A stretch of DNA of 64,000 nt from Camelus dromedarius (lineage: Eukaryota): the NCBI RefSeq assembly GCF_036321535.1, contig NC_087436.1, positions 113,152,001 to 113,216,000 on the forward strand, given 5' to 3'. The notes under the pieces were generated by a model. That model did not search any database. It worked only from the letters and a program-made list of their open reading frames with translations, and was not told the DNA's origin. Each line of letters starts with the position of its first letter. Position 1 is the stretch's first letter. The position numbers were made by a program, and so were the translations under genes. This document shows positions 50,038 to 63,319 of this stretch, piece by piece.

Positions 50038-50222
50038 TAGGATTGCCAGATAAAATACAAGACACAGTTACATTTTAATTTCAGGTAAAAATGAATAATT
50101 TTTATTATAAGTATGTCTCAAATATTGTGTAGGGTATACTTATACTCAAACTGTACACATCCATTTTTACCTGGAATTCAACTAAGCATTCTAAATTTTT
50201 ATTTGGTAAATCTGGCAACCCC
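50038..50222. mobile_element. MER53 palindromic hAT MITE
   Basis: TIRs 'ggattgccagat'...'atctggcaacc'; central 'tataagtatgtctcaaatattg...atacttata'. Confidence 0.82.
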
Positions 50223-50289
50223 ATGAAGGAGATGGAAGAATGGAGATTTCTAAGTGAAATGTCATGTCCTTGGTCCAAGATGGTTAAAA

Positions 50290-50737
50290 ATCCAAATTCA
50301 GTGTCCACTGATGGGTGATTGGATAAACAAAATGTGATATATACATGCATGAAATGGAATACTATTCAGCCTTAAAAATGAATATAATTTGCATATATGC
50401 TACAACATGGATGAATCTTGATGATATTATGCTAAATGAAAGAAGCCAGACACAAAAAGTTCCATATTGTATGGTTACACTTACATGTGGTCCGTTGAAT
50501 AGTCAAAATCACAGAGACAGAAAGTAGGGTGGTTACTGAGGGCTGAGAAGTGGGGAACAGGGGTTGTTGTTCAATGGGTATGGAATTTCAGCTGGGGAGG
50601 AGGAAAAAGTTCTGGAGATGGACGGTGGAAATGGTTGCACAGCAAAGTGAGTGCATTTCATGCCACTGAGCTGCACACTCACCACATGGTTAAATGGTCA
50701 GTTTTATGTTATGCATGTTTTAACATAATACAAAAAT
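50290..50737 (+). mobile_element. L1MB-like 3' end
   Basis: 'aatggaatactattcagccttaaaaa', 'acaacatggatgaatcttga', 'aaaagttctggagatggacggtgg'. Confidence 0.88.
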
Positions 50738-50789
50738 TCAGGGTGAGATACTTCCCTTTTCTGGTTTTAGACTTCCCATCCACAAAATG

Positions 50790-51005
50790 GGCCACTAGAC
50801 CCATGGGGAAAGATTATGAAATAGAATGTCCTCACCTGCTGCAGAGTCACTCAAGGGCTTGTTGAGAACACGACCTCCCCCCTGCACTGGGCTTCTCATT
50901 CAGCAGGGTTAAGGTATGGTTGGGAACCTTTAGTTTTAATAAGCTTCTCAGGTACATTCTAAGCAGCAGCAGAGTCTCTTTTACCAGAAGCATCTAGACA
51001 CTTTA
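50790..51005. mobile_element. MER5-like fragment
   Basis: 'cagagtcactcaagggcttgtt...ttctcattcagcagg...ttttaataagcttctcaggt'. Confidence 0.55.
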
Positions 51006-52494
51006 ACAAAGACTTCAGGAGCGGAAATAATTAATGGATCTCACTGAATTCCTCTGTTCCCACCAAGCATCCTCATCCTGGAAGAAATTTCTTTAGATGT
51101 TTTTGAAAAAGTTCAAAGCCATTGGAATTCAACCCAAACAGAAACTCAAAGGCTTAAATAAAATATGTCTAGGTTGATTTCCTGCCTTGGCATAGATTCT
51201 ATTAATCCATTTTTTTCCTTCGTCCTTCAACTTTTTTCTCATGTACTTGGGATATTTCCTCCCTAAAGTTTTCAGTTTTACCTTTGAACTAAGCTCTTTG
51301 AGAAACATCACCTCACAAAATATTGATCTTTGTCTTATTTGTCCCTTTTATCAGAGAAAGAATGTAACTTCTGACAAGGTGTTAATCTGTAGATTAAAGG
51401 GGATTTCAGATTGTCTTCAGAGAAAAGGTCTATGCTATTCGTTACTGGAAGAAAGAAAGAACAACAAAATTTCAGACTTTTAAAAGTCACTTTTCAAAAA
51501 AACAAACAAACAAACAAAACCCCATCCCTTTCTGTACTTTAAGACTCCAAAGCTGTCTCCCTGGTTGGTGTTAAAACACTTGACAAAATTTCTGCAGTGT
51601 AGACTTCCGTGGTCCAAGACGGGTAATCAGAGCAAGCTGGTCCACCCTACGAGAACTTCTTTCCTTGTTTTACAGGATCTAACATTGTCTGCCCTGCCTG
51701 GTCTATAAACAAGGCTAATGAAGTCGGCTTGGGAGTAAAAATTCCAAAGATGCTGCTAATTCTGTCATTCATCACTGAAAGATCAGGACAACCCATTTAT
51801 TAAGAACTTAATTGACTCTGGGAAAGGAAGTATGTGATATAATTGTTTATGCTAGTCAGTGCATATAAAATAAATCTTTCTCAAGGGCAGGTGGAGAGGG
51901 AACTGGGAATGTTTGCAGTGGGTTAGAGTATTAATGTTGGAGACAGATTTTGCTCAAGTTCTGGCTCTGCCTTTACAAATTGTTTATTTTAATAAAACTA
52001 TGCAACCTCTTTGTAAAAGACAGATAATAATCCTTACAATTAGCTCTGTAGCTGGTGCCAGGGATACAAAAAGCAGACAATCCTAATAATAAGAATAAGA
52101 ATAGCTATTGTTTAGACAGCAAGTCCTTATATAGCCCCTACGCTGTGACACATGCTGTTTGAAGCACTTCACATTTAATAACCGAATTCCTTTTTCAACC
52201 CTGGAAGGAAAGTTCAGCTCGTATTACTAACTCACAGAGGAGGACATTGACGCACATGATGAGGATTAAGAAGTGTCACCAGGATAGGAGCCCCTGAAGG
52301 GAAGGACTTCTGCTCCTGTTTGTCTTCTTCACTGTTGTGACCGCAGTCCTTGGTAGAGCCTGGCGCCTAGAAAAAGCCTTACAGAGCTCACTAAGTACAT
52401 GTGTATAAGCAAGGAATGGAGTACTTGTCACATGTTAGGTGCCCCAAGACTGATTAGCCCCATCCACCCAGTGTCTACTGTGCCCCAGTTATCA

Positions 52495-52720
52495 GGTGTT
52501 CACCAAGTGGTTACTGTGTGCCGTGCATAGAACTTAGTCCTTTACATTTATTACATCATTTAATTCTCACTGTAATGCTGTGTAAGAGGTACTATTATTT
52601 CTCCCATTTTTCAGAGATTCTTACTTGCACAAGATAGTTCTCTTAATAAGAAGCACAGCCAGGACTTGAAATCAGGTCTTTTTGACCTCAGAGAGTATGT
52701 TCTCCATTACCATGCAGTGA
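52495..52720 (-). mobile_element. MIR SINE
   Basis: 'catttaattctcac...ggtactattatttctcccattttcaga...gccaggacttgaaatcaggtct'. Confidence 0.78.
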
Positions 52721-53674
52721 TACTGCAAAGTTCTCGTCTTTGAGATTTAGAGAATCAAGCAGAACTCAACACAGACAATACAGACACATGTGGCTCAGAA
52801 TTTATGGGAGGAAATGTTCAGCTATTCTTCAGTTGGAGAATCGCATTTTCTCTTCCCTTTCTTTCTGCAGCTCAGCTCCGATTTCAGCACCCTATGCAGA
52901 GCCCTTCAGCGACCATACGTGGTCCCTGGCATGAAATTCCAGGCTCTTCGCAAAGTCCCCACTGCTCACTGGCATGCTGTCAGTGGTCAGTAGATGTTTG
53001 CTGTGTTAATGGAACTCTTTAATCAGTGACCTGATTCCTCAGTTTCTCCATGAGCAGCCAATACAAAGTTATGCTGTCTTCGAAAGTATCATGTATATCC
53101 CTCCATGTGAGCAGGACAGGGCCTTGGGGATAGCAGGCTTTTTAAAACTAGCATTTGTTGAAAGAATGACAAGTTTATAAACTCTCTATATTCAAATGTG
53201 CACTGGTAGTAATCAAGTTCTTTCCCTCATTCATTTATTTGGTATTTATTGAAAAGCAATGTATTTCAGATTCTATGCTTTATAGTAGAAATAAAGGGAT
53301 GAATAAAATATTATCCTGTAATCTACTTGCTTGGCCCTACTGTGAGGAATAGTTAGCTAAACAATAAACTTTTTTTTAAAGCTATAAATTTGAACTTAAA
53401 AAAGCCCTAAAAAAGAGACTTGCATATAGTATGACAGAGTCCAGCAATTCGTTTGTTATTTCTTCATGAAACTTCCTCCTAATTGTATTTTTAAAGCATT
53501 TTCTGGGGAGTTAACTCCTTAATTCCCAGAATGGTTGGATCAAGACTCTCCAGAGAGCACCCCCAGCTCTGCACTCTGCTGATCGTGCTTGCAATCACAC
53601 AAAGGAGGGGAGCTACAATCAGATTCAGTATTTTGGTAAAAAATCTTCTAGATATTAAGACACATGATCCCCTA

Positions 53675-53800
53675 TCAAGCATCCAAACATCCATCCAAAT
53701 TTCTCTTCATCCATCCATCCATCGAATCTACCTAACTGTCTATCCATCCATCCATCCATCCATCCAGTCATCCCATCTACCTAACTCTCCCTCCATCCAC
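53675..53800. repeat. Degenerate (CATC)n simple repeat
   Basis: Repeated ccat/catc units. Confidence 0.85.
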
Positions 53801-54184
53801 TTTGTAAAGCAGGAGACTGAGGCCAGGAAAGATTCAGTGAACAATGCCTGACAAATAGTGAACTTGCAATAACCACTGGCTGTTATCATCATTCACTTAT
53901 TCAGTCAACATTTACTGCTGATTACTGTGCTAAATTCTGAGGCTGCAGATATGCAAAAAATTATAGATGGTAGAATGACAAGTACAATAAGGAGAGGCAT
54001 CTACCCTCAGTGAAGGGTCTTCAGAAGACCTAAGACCTTCTACTTCATTGAGACCATAGACTTATTTATTTTCTGGCAAGCCTACCGGGGAAGGAAGGCT
54101 TCACAAAAGAGCTCAGGCTCTGGTGCTAGGGAGATCTAACCTCATCCATCATTGCCCACACAATTTTTGGCCTCAGTTTCTTCA

Positions 54185-54548
54185 TCTCTGCATTCCATTC
54201 TCGAGGATCTAGAGGAGAATCCATTTCCTTGTCTTTTCTTCCTTCTAGAAGCTGTCCTGCTTCCTCGGCTTATGACCCCTGTTCTCCAGCAGCGGCAGCT
54301 TTTGTCCCTCTCATTCATCACATCACCCCATTGCATCGCTCCCTTCCTTTCCTGCCTCTCTCTTCCCTTTGTAAGGACCCTTGTGATTACATTGGGGCTA
54401 CTCCGAAAAACCAGGATAATCTTCCCATCTCAGAGCCATCGATTTATTCACATCTGCAGAGCCCCTTTTACCACGTAAGGTAACATGTTCACAGGTAGTG
54501 GGGGGTTAAGTTGTGGACATCTTTGAGGGACCATTATTCAGTCAACCT
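54185..54548 (-). mobile_element. MaLR LTR (MLT1C-like), antisense
   Basis: 'ctagaggagaatccatttccttgtcttt', 'taaggacccttgtgattacattggg', 'aggtaacatgttcacagg', 'ggacatctttgagggaccattattc'. Confidence 0.85.
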
Positions 54549-55279
54549 CATTAAATGACAACACATGAAGTATAAATAAGTCACAAGGGACAACTTGGGG
54601 GAAATAGTGAAGATCCAGGTGTGAGAGTAGGCAGCTGGACTTGAAAGAAGTGGAGAGTTTGGACATTCATGGCTAGAAAGTGAGAAATTGGGGCACAAGA
54701 GCAAACTAAGAGAGATGTCCAGGGTGAGGTGGGGAAGTCATGCTACAGGGAGAGTGCCTGGACCGGCTCAAGATGGATGGAGGCAGGACAGAGGATGCCT
54801 GAGGGATAAACAGCATCAGACAGGATGAGAAAGTGGTTGCAGGTGTGAAGGAGAGAAAGCATCATGGAAGGAACGTAACTGCATTTAGCTCAGGAACTGG
54901 CCTTTAATGGACTCCTTCAAGACGACAGGTGACCCCTCCTCTCACCATCAGCAGGGAGGCTGCAACCAGTAAATCATAATAACTCAAGTGCAAAAGGAGA
55001 GAGGAGGTGCTGGCAAAGGGGCCTCTGTGTGGTCACTTTCAATTTGAAAACTAATGACAGAGATAGAGGATGGAACTCAAAAGAAGAGAATGTGGAAAGA
55101 AAATTCATTTTGACGTGAAATTGCAGGTGGGAGGCGAACCAAGCACATATTTCTACTTGAACAGATAGAAGAGGAAAAGCTTGTCTAAATTAGGGCTGTG
55201 TGGGGCCCGTGAGGGCCAGGGCCTCCTGTCACAGGGCCTGGAGGGGTTCTCTGATTAGTATTCCAAATGTCATAACATG

Positions 55280-55490
55280 ACTGTGAACTTGAAGCTTCGT
55301 TCCATCTCTCACCAGCCGTGTGAGCTTGCTCAAGTCATAGAGTCTTCCAGGGCCTCAGTCCTTGATTGGGAAACAGAGGTAACAGAGTCTAAGCCACGTG
55401 GCTATTGTGAGGGATTAATGAGGTTAAATGAGCAAACTTAGGTGAAAGGCTTATCACGTTACAGGACATACCACACATGATTGTTGTCAC
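55280..55490 (+). mobile_element. MIR SINE
   Basis: 'ccagccgtgtgagcttgctcaagtca...ggcctcagt...tattgtgagggattaatgag'. Confidence 0.7.
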
Positions 55491-56329
55491 GTAATCAGAG
55501 CATGATGACACTTCCTTACACGGTATGATTGCTCTTCCATCCTTTCTGGGTCCCTTCATCTCATGCTTGCTCTGGTGACAGTTTTCTTTATTCCAGTATC
55601 ATGCAACTTATATCAGTACGGTGGCGGACCCCTCTCCCTTCTACCCAGCATAACACAGCATCATCCAGTGAAATGTCTTCAGAAGCTCTTGGTTCCTTCA
55701 TACTAGACATATAAACTTCTTAGCCTATTATTCAAGGTCCACCACATTTGACTATGGCCTTCTTTTCCTACTTACTGCTCCCAAAACATGAATCTTTGAC
55801 TCTAGCTCAACCAATAAAATCACTGTTGGCATCACCTCTCACTCCAGCCTCCATCCTGCCCTTAAGTCAGCTTGTACTCATCTTTGATCACACCTAGGCC
55901 TCTGTCTGGAATGTCTGCTCTCATCTACGAGTTGTTCCATTTGTGCTATGAGTTGACACATGAGGAGAGGAGGAAGGGGATCATTAGTGATGAAACCAAT
56001 AATGGCAAGAGAAACAGCGTGCCTGGTGTGGGGGGATACGCTGGTGGAGGCATGGAGAGAGGGAGGCGTTGGGGTAGAGGAGAAAGAGAGAACAGAGTCA
56101 GCAAGCTGGACGTTGTTATCTTAAAGGCAGATGGAAAACCTCTCTGTCAAGGTGGTGGAGATTGAGCAGAGGTGGCCAAGCTGCAGATAACTCACCATTT
56201 CCAGGCCCTGTAATCCATGTGATAAAGGGAGGTGCAAGAGGACATTGGAAGCATCCAGATCCCTTGAAATGGCATGAGCTGCCTGCAGTCGTCTGCCCCC
56301 GCCTGCTCGGTCTGCCCACTCCAATTTAC

Positions 56330-56745
56330 TTTCCAGTAACACACGATTGCCTACAGTCTCCCCTACCCTTGTTACCTGCCCCCTGTGTTATCAATTTGAA
56401 TTACTCATGGTCTTCTTCTCAGCCTGGAATGCTCTTTTCCTGTTTTGTCCGTCTCTCATCCTTTAAAGCACAGCTTGAAGAACAACCTCCAAGAAGCCCT
56501 AGTCAGTAGGTGCAGCGTTTCCCCACATCCTTGTCCCTCACTCGTTTCTCCCATCTCTGTGCTAGCTCTGCCCTGCTCTTATTTCTGTTGTCACAAGCAT
56601 CCTGCTTTCTGCACTCCATTTATTCACTTGTTGTTTGCTCCATGGCTGTAACCTGTCAAGTTAGGAACTGTGGTTTACTTATCTGTAAGTGCTCAGTGCT
56701 TAGTCTATTGTGGAATAGATAACCAGAAACATTTATTAAACTAAA
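56330..56745 (+). mobile_element. L2 LINE 3' fragment
   Basis: 'gcctggaatgctctttt', 'ctcatcctttaaagcacagctt', terminal 'acatttattaaactaaat'. Confidence 0.65.
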
Positions 56746-57104
56746 TCGAGCATCTTAGAAAGATTTGTTGACATGGCAGGCAGGGAAACAAAATGAGAAA
56801 CTTTAAAGTAAAAATGGAGGAATAACAGTGGTTTTACTACATAAAAGGGATGGAGGTGAACAGTGCAGTGGGTACAATAAATATTGTCACCTAGATTAAT
56901 AAAAGGGATTTAGCAAAAGCCGTGTAATAGCTCCAGCCAACCAGAAGCTATATATCTCAGAACAATTGCTGATGATTTTGTGTAAAGCTATCATTATGAT
57001 TAGGATCCAAAAGTGTTCCCATTTTACTCAAGTTCTGAAAGATAAGAAGGGAACCAGTGTGGTAAAGAACTAAGAGAAAGAACCTTCTCAACAAGACAGT
57101 TCTT

Positions 57105-57552
57105 GTGTGTCTGTTAGCTTTTGCTGCATAACAAACCAGTCGTAAATAACACACATGTATTATTTCTCACAGTTCTTTGGGTCAGCTGCTTTTCTGCACA
57201 GGGCTAGCTTGGCAGATCTCTAAGCTCACTGGCATCCTGGAGGGTCTATAATGGCTCCATTCATATGTCTAGTGTCTGGCAGGATGTTTGTTTCAGAGGT
57301 CCTCAAATGGATGCTTCATCTCTGCTTCAGTGGTTTCTTTTCTTTTAGGAGGCTAGTTTGGGTTGAAGGTTCCAAAGAGCAGCAAGGAAGAGAAAGTCCC
57401 AATGAACACGTATCTGCTTATATCACACTTTCTATTGTCTTGTGACCAAAGCAAATCACATGGCTAAGCTCAAAGTCAATGTGAGAGGGGGCTTTAGGCA
57501 CAAGAACAGGGAGATGGGATTCACTGGGGAACAATTATAACAGTCAACTACA
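57105..57552 (-). mobile_element. MaLR LTR (MLT1G/H-like), antisense
   Basis: 'gttagcttttgctgcataacaaacc...tattatttctcacagttct', 'ccaaagcaaatcacatggctaagctca'. Confidence 0.75.
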
Positions 57553-57699
57553 TTTTGGGAAGTCCTCGTGGGGGATGCAACACTTTTTGGAGATCTTCAA
57601 TCTGGTATGACAGAGTGAGAGAGGAGTGAGTGCCACAGGGTGGTGATGGAAAAGCAGGTATGAAGTAGGACCGTGCGGCCAAAAGTGAGTGGAGGTGAT

Positions 57700-57945
57700 G
57701 TCACTTGCCGGTCAGTCAACTAATTGCCTGTGTGAGATTCAACCACCCAATTTTCTCCAACCTTAGCAATAATGGTCAGAGAGGAAAAAGTTGAACTATC
57801 ACATGGAAGAAAGCCAACAGTATGAGTCATCCAGACCCCAAGGGCACTTTGTGTGTAAGATAAATAAGCCTTTGTTGTTTAAAGCCTCTGAGGTTAGGGA
57901 TTATTTGTTATTACAGCCTATCCTAACCCTTGCTGACTAATATGA
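57700..57945. mobile_element. Old LTR 3' fragment (MLT1/LTR16-like)
   Basis: 'aaataagcctttgttgtttaaagcctctgaggttagggattatttgtta...ctgactaata'. Confidence 0.6.
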
Positions 57946-58986
57946 AAGAGAAAATCATAGATCAGTTAAAGCCATGGACATATATGATTTTACCTGGGGA
58001 AAGAAGGTAAAGAAAGTAGAAAAGTGTGCCCAGGACTGAGTCTGGAGTCATTACAACATTTACAGACCAGGAGAAGCTAACAAAATCACCATGAAAGAGA
58101 CAAACCTTTGGGTGAAAACATCCACAAGTTTTCTTTGTAAATTCATATATGATGGGGACTGATGTTTTTCATCCAATAGAGCTATTTCCAAGGAAAGCAG
58201 ATGCCACCTTTGGGTTTTCCTGGGTTCCCTTACACACTGCAGCTGCGTTTACTGAGGAACCAGTGAGAGGAGGTACAGGCTAGTGCTCCAGCAAACAAAT
58301 GAAACAAAACTCTTGTGTGAATGCAAATCACAACATCTTTTTGCCTAAACAGGTGACCAATTAAAGCTGAGAAAGGGGCAACAGAAGTGCATTCCTGCAT
58401 TGGCCAGATTCAAATCTTCCTTTGCATGTTTTCTTGAGTTTGTCAAGTAATCCCCTGAAGGACACAGGCTTGCATCCCCACTGGTCTCTCTAAGTACCCT
58501 TCCCAGACGTGACTTCTAGTTTAAAGATGCAGGAGCTAAGAGTCTGGGGGTGACATTGCTTCCTGGGGTCATTTGTTGCAGAAACTGACTTTCTATTTTC
58601 AAAGGTATCCTATGCATGTTGGACATCAGCCTTTCCCCTCCGCAGTGGATGTCTGCAGGATGGAATTGTAGTCTGTCCTTATGATTCTCCTCAGACTAGG
58701 GAGAAGTTGCCAGAATTTTCAACTTTGCTAATTTTTTAGATGGGGGAATGTGCTGACCTGCCTCATACTTTGTGTCCTAGCTGTCCTAATTTTGTTCTTC
58801 TGAGGAATGGCATGGAGGGGTATGGTCTAGATCAACTTTGATCCACTCAAAACTAGCTTTGCCAAGCTGTCTCTATTCCATGTCCGATTTCTCATCAAGT
58901 GCAGGTAGCAAGGGATGATGACACCCAGGGACAAATCTTCCATCCTCCCCACTAAGTTCTAGTGTTGCAAACAATCAGGGGGATTT

Positions 58987-59005
58987 GGCTCTGCAGGTGG
59001 CGCTA
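58987..59005 (+). promoter_or_regulatory. Candidate CTCF motif
   Basis: ggctCTGCAGGTGGCGCTA; the right half matches the consensus ..AGRKGGCGCTA and retains its CpG. Confidence 0.45.
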
Positions 59006-59864
59006 GATTGGTCCCTTGTGGGCAATGAACACAAGATCAAGGTTTTAAACTTCAAGATTCAACTTTCTTTGACCTGAACTAGAAAGAGAGCTGTTTTATC
59101 CTGCAGGTACCCCCACGGTGGGAGAACCCTGCTGAGGAGTCTATCCACACAGTATTTTCTGGATCTCATGATTTATCTACTTGGAGTTTTCTCTGACACT
59201 AGTCAGTGCTGGCTTGTTCTTTGTCAGTGACCTCAAGGACCTTTTCCTCCAGAAAGTCTCACCAGCAATCCTTGTCTGAGTTGGGTGTGCCTCCTCTGTG
59301 CCACCTCTGTTCCTCCGTAACACCTGGGGTCTACCACGATCATGGCATTCCTCACCCTTTGCTCTAAGTACCCAGCAGGAGTTGCTTGAGTCTCCTTGGG
59401 CTGTGTCTTGGGCCAGGGCTTCACGCATAACATCTCACCCAAAGCTCAAGGTCAGTGCCATTGGCCTTTTCATTTTGCAGATAAGGAAATGGAAGGTTGT
59501 AGGGGTTAAAGAACTGGCTCACGGTCGGTCACACACATGGTTCGCATCTGGCACTTTCACATTCAAATCAAAGCATCCAAACTGCACCTGGGCCTCCCCG
59601 TGACTCCCAGACTCATGTAGTCAGGGACCATGATGTGCCCATCTTTGTGTTCTGAGCCTCCAGCAGAGTGTTCAGGACATGGTGAGAACTCTAGAACTGA
59701 CCGGCAGACTGATCACACACTGAAGTAAGCCACGTGCACAAGTCTGTCTGTCTTGTGAAGCTGCCAGTTCCTTGAGAGTAGGGGCCATACTATTGTATAA
59801 CTGATGGCTTGGTCATCAGCAAGGACTCTGGCACAGAACAACATAATCAGAAAGAACAGCAAAC

Positions 59865-60075
59865 ACAACAGGAGCACGTTTCCCATATGCTGGGCACTGC
59901 TGGAAGCACTTTATATCTGTAACATTTTTAACCTTTTGACAATAACCTAATGAGGCAAGTTCTCTTATAATGCCTCTTTTACAGAGATGCAGACACTGAG
60001 GCACAGAGAGGCCAGGTAACTTGCTCAAAATTGCACAGCTGGAAGGTGGGCATTCTGATCCATGGTCTCAGTCAG
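59865..60075 (-). mobile_element. MIR SINE
   Basis: 'ttttacagagatgcagacactgaggcacagagaggccaggtaacttgctcaaaattgcacagct'. Confidence 0.88.
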
Positions 60076-62148
60076 CCTACAGAGAGGAAGTGCTTGTCAT
60101 GAAATATGAATGAAATAATGAGTGAGTTGCTTTCTGCACTTGGTTTGATAGCAGTATAGCTTCTTCCTTATCCTTGACTGCCCTTGGGCTAAGGAGTTCC
60201 GAAGTGGAAGGTGAAGTCCAGGACCTTTTCTCACAGTTTCCTGTGTATGTCTGTGGCGAAGAAGAGATCCCACTTCTTGTGGGTTTTAGGCAAAAGAAAT
60301 AGCATCGTGGCCGCAGGCATGAGAAAGTACTGCCACACATCACACGTGGAGGAAGAAGAATAAAACTGGGAGGGAACAGAAACTTCTGAGCACCTCACTG
60401 TGAGAGACATCTTCTCTGGAGAGAAACAAAACAGTGCAGTCTACATAAATCTGGGCTATGACTCAACTCCATCCTTTCCTTATGAAGAAGGAGAACAGGG
60501 CCCAGAGAGGGGCTGACTTGGTTTTATCACACAGCAGCGAGGGAGTGTTATCAGGAGTGCATCTCCCTCCAGACCAGATCAGAGGAAAAAGAACTCAGTT
60601 GCCCGTGAAAAAGAAATGCAATCAGCATCTTGGAAACTTTCTATGTGCCAGTCACTGCGTTAGGCTCTAGAAAAACTTGATTGCATTTACTACTCAAACA
60701 AACTAAGAAATCAGGAAGATCATAATTCAGATGAAGAAATCTAGACCCAATCTGTTTGTCCAAGCTCATGTATCTAGTATGGATTTGAAACAGGGGATTT
60801 TGAAAATGTCTGTTTTATCTAGAGTTTCTTAAATTTCCAAGGTGGAACAATTATTTGGCAAGAGACTAACTGCTCAGCATCTGCACTAGACATAATAAAG
60901 AATACTACTCAAAAGGCAATTAATTTAGTGTTGCTATAATGATAAGACCCCCTCACCTCCTGACTCCTTTTCTTTTCCAAGTATGTCTTTCCAGAGCACA
61001 TTGACTGTTTCCATTTTAAATCATAGATTGGTATCCTTCACTTAATCTGGAGGTCCAGTCCATCTCAGATACAGATGAGGGAGATTGCCTGTTGAAACTC
61101 ACAAACCAAACAACCCAAGAAAACCAGTTCCATGATCTAAAGACCAACCCCTCCCTAGACGTGCTCTCTGTGAATGTGGAGATGCGTAGGGTCCTTGGTG
61201 AGCTGGGCGCACTCAGGGCACGATTTCAGCCATGGTACAAGGCTACTTCCCTTCCCCTCTCTGGAGACCCCTTTGGCTCTTCTGCCGAAGGTGGGGAAGG
61301 GCAGGTGTGGGTTGAGGTCTTACCTATTGCCGATCTTCTCAGGGCATCTGGCTCTTTCTCCCAGGTTGTCTCTGATTGTCCCAGCTTTCCAGGTTGGGAC
61401 AAATCCAGATCCAGGTGCAGGGGGAGGGGTGGGCTAGGCTGGTGGGCTCTGGCATTTGCCCAGAGTGGCTGGCTGAAGCAAGAATCCGCTCAAAGTTGCC
61501 GATTTAGTATGAACTTTTACCAGGAGTGTAATGATCTCCAAAGAAGGTATGGGGAGTGAGGATTCAACTTAAGAGAAAGGAGGAAGGACACTTCTCTTGG
61601 CTTCATCCCTAATGGACTGAGAGACAGGTCTGCTCCAGGTCACGTCTTGCAAATCAAGGTTCTTATGCATATTGTTGTACCACAGTGTGTCTTCAAGCAG
61701 CAAGTTGATGGAAACAGTGGAAGAATGAGGATGGTCTCAGGAGGGGAAGCAGGAAGTTGGACATATATTTTCTGTCCATCTCGTCCAGGATTTATTGAAT
61801 GTTATCTTCAAATCACTTAATTCCTTTATATCTCAGATTCCTCAGCTGTCAAGAGGAGAGGAATTCATAGGTTGTTTTTGGCGCCCCATAAAGGTGCTGA
61901 TAGAGGCCAATTAGTTTAAACCTGGTAATATTTGTGATTCTGGAACACTGATAGAAGAGAAAAAGGATCTATATTCCCTCATTTATATTAACGGTCACAA
62001 ACTCCCTACTAGGTACAAGGGCTTTTTCTAGGCACTGAATCATTACTAGTCTGTTATTTTATGTATTGAAATTGTCTTGAGATCTTTAAACCTGTGTAGC
62101 TCAAGCTGTTGTCTGCAGCTTACTTGCCAAAGGGAATTCAGAGCCCCA

Positions 62149-62625
62149 GATGACGTCATCTCCACCTCTCCACTGTTATTCAATCGCAGCGATAACCTGG
62201 ATAATACAAAATCCCTTCTAAGCCATCAGTCACAGCTGACAGCCTGGGCTGACTTCATAAGCCCCATTTTTTCCATGTCAGTGAAGCGAGGCTCATGCCA
62301 AAGAGTTGCCAGGGCACAAAGGCATCATGAGGAGATTAATGATGACAAAGGAAGGGACAGCATGAGACACACACCCTCCCCCTCCCATCCTTTTATTCTG
62401 GGGGACCGGTCTCAGGGCTCCATCAGCACGTGCATCCCAGGTAAGGGGATATGTGACCGCTCCCAGGGTCACAGCATCCCCCTCCAACACAGCCCCCTGG
62501 GTGTGTGTACTCCTGGTGACTCACTCCAGTGGCTGACAGAGGGTGTGTCTCAATCTTTGTTTTCATCCCAGACCTGCTATAAAAAGTTGAGTGCTGACCA
62601 AGTTCTCTGAACATCACTCATCATT
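62149..62625 (+). promoter_or_regulatory. Candidate CRE / AP-1 / TATA regulatory module
   Basis: GATGACGTCATC 62149-62160; TGACTCA 62517-62523; TATAAAAAG 62578-62586. Confidence 0.35.
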
Positions 62626-63319
62626 CCCATGGATGCTTTTCCCCAGCACCTTCATCAGCCATTATCTGCCATGGAAGTTCCAGCCACCCGTCCTGGGGCT
62701 CAAAGGGTCTCATCGTGGCTTTCCCAGTTGGCTACATAACTTCTTGAAAGTTAGTCGTAATAAATCAGATAATCTTTTTGCCCACTCAGCTACGATCATA
62801 CTCTTCCCCATAGTGTGAATTGTAGATTGAGGAACCTTATATTTTTAGGTAAATGTTTGCATCAGAGACTGAATTTAAGTCTTTCCAATTGTTCTGAGCA
62901 GACACTATTCTAAGATTGCCGTACTGGTTCCAAGATACTTTTTGCTCAGATCCTCAAGAAGACAGCAGGGATGTAATTACTCATCCACTTAAGCCTGTCA
63001 GGAAGGAAATTGCTTATGAGAGGAAGGGAACTGTTATGTGAATTTCCATAAGATTGCGGGCCAAGACTATCACATGTCACTACTTTTCAAATATTGGAAA
63101 AAACCCCACCCCACCCCCATCATTTCTCTGGCTAAATGCAACCTGCTCTTCAATTTATCCAGTTCACTGAAGAAATTGTATTTAGCTGCTTAGAAAATTG
63201 CAAGACAATCTACCAGAAATCGTGTACTGGGCATTTTGTTTGGTCTGTGGGGATTGGCTCATGCTTTTGCTTTAGCTCGCTCTGCCGGCGGGGGCGGGGG
63301 GGGGTTGAACTGTCTAGAG

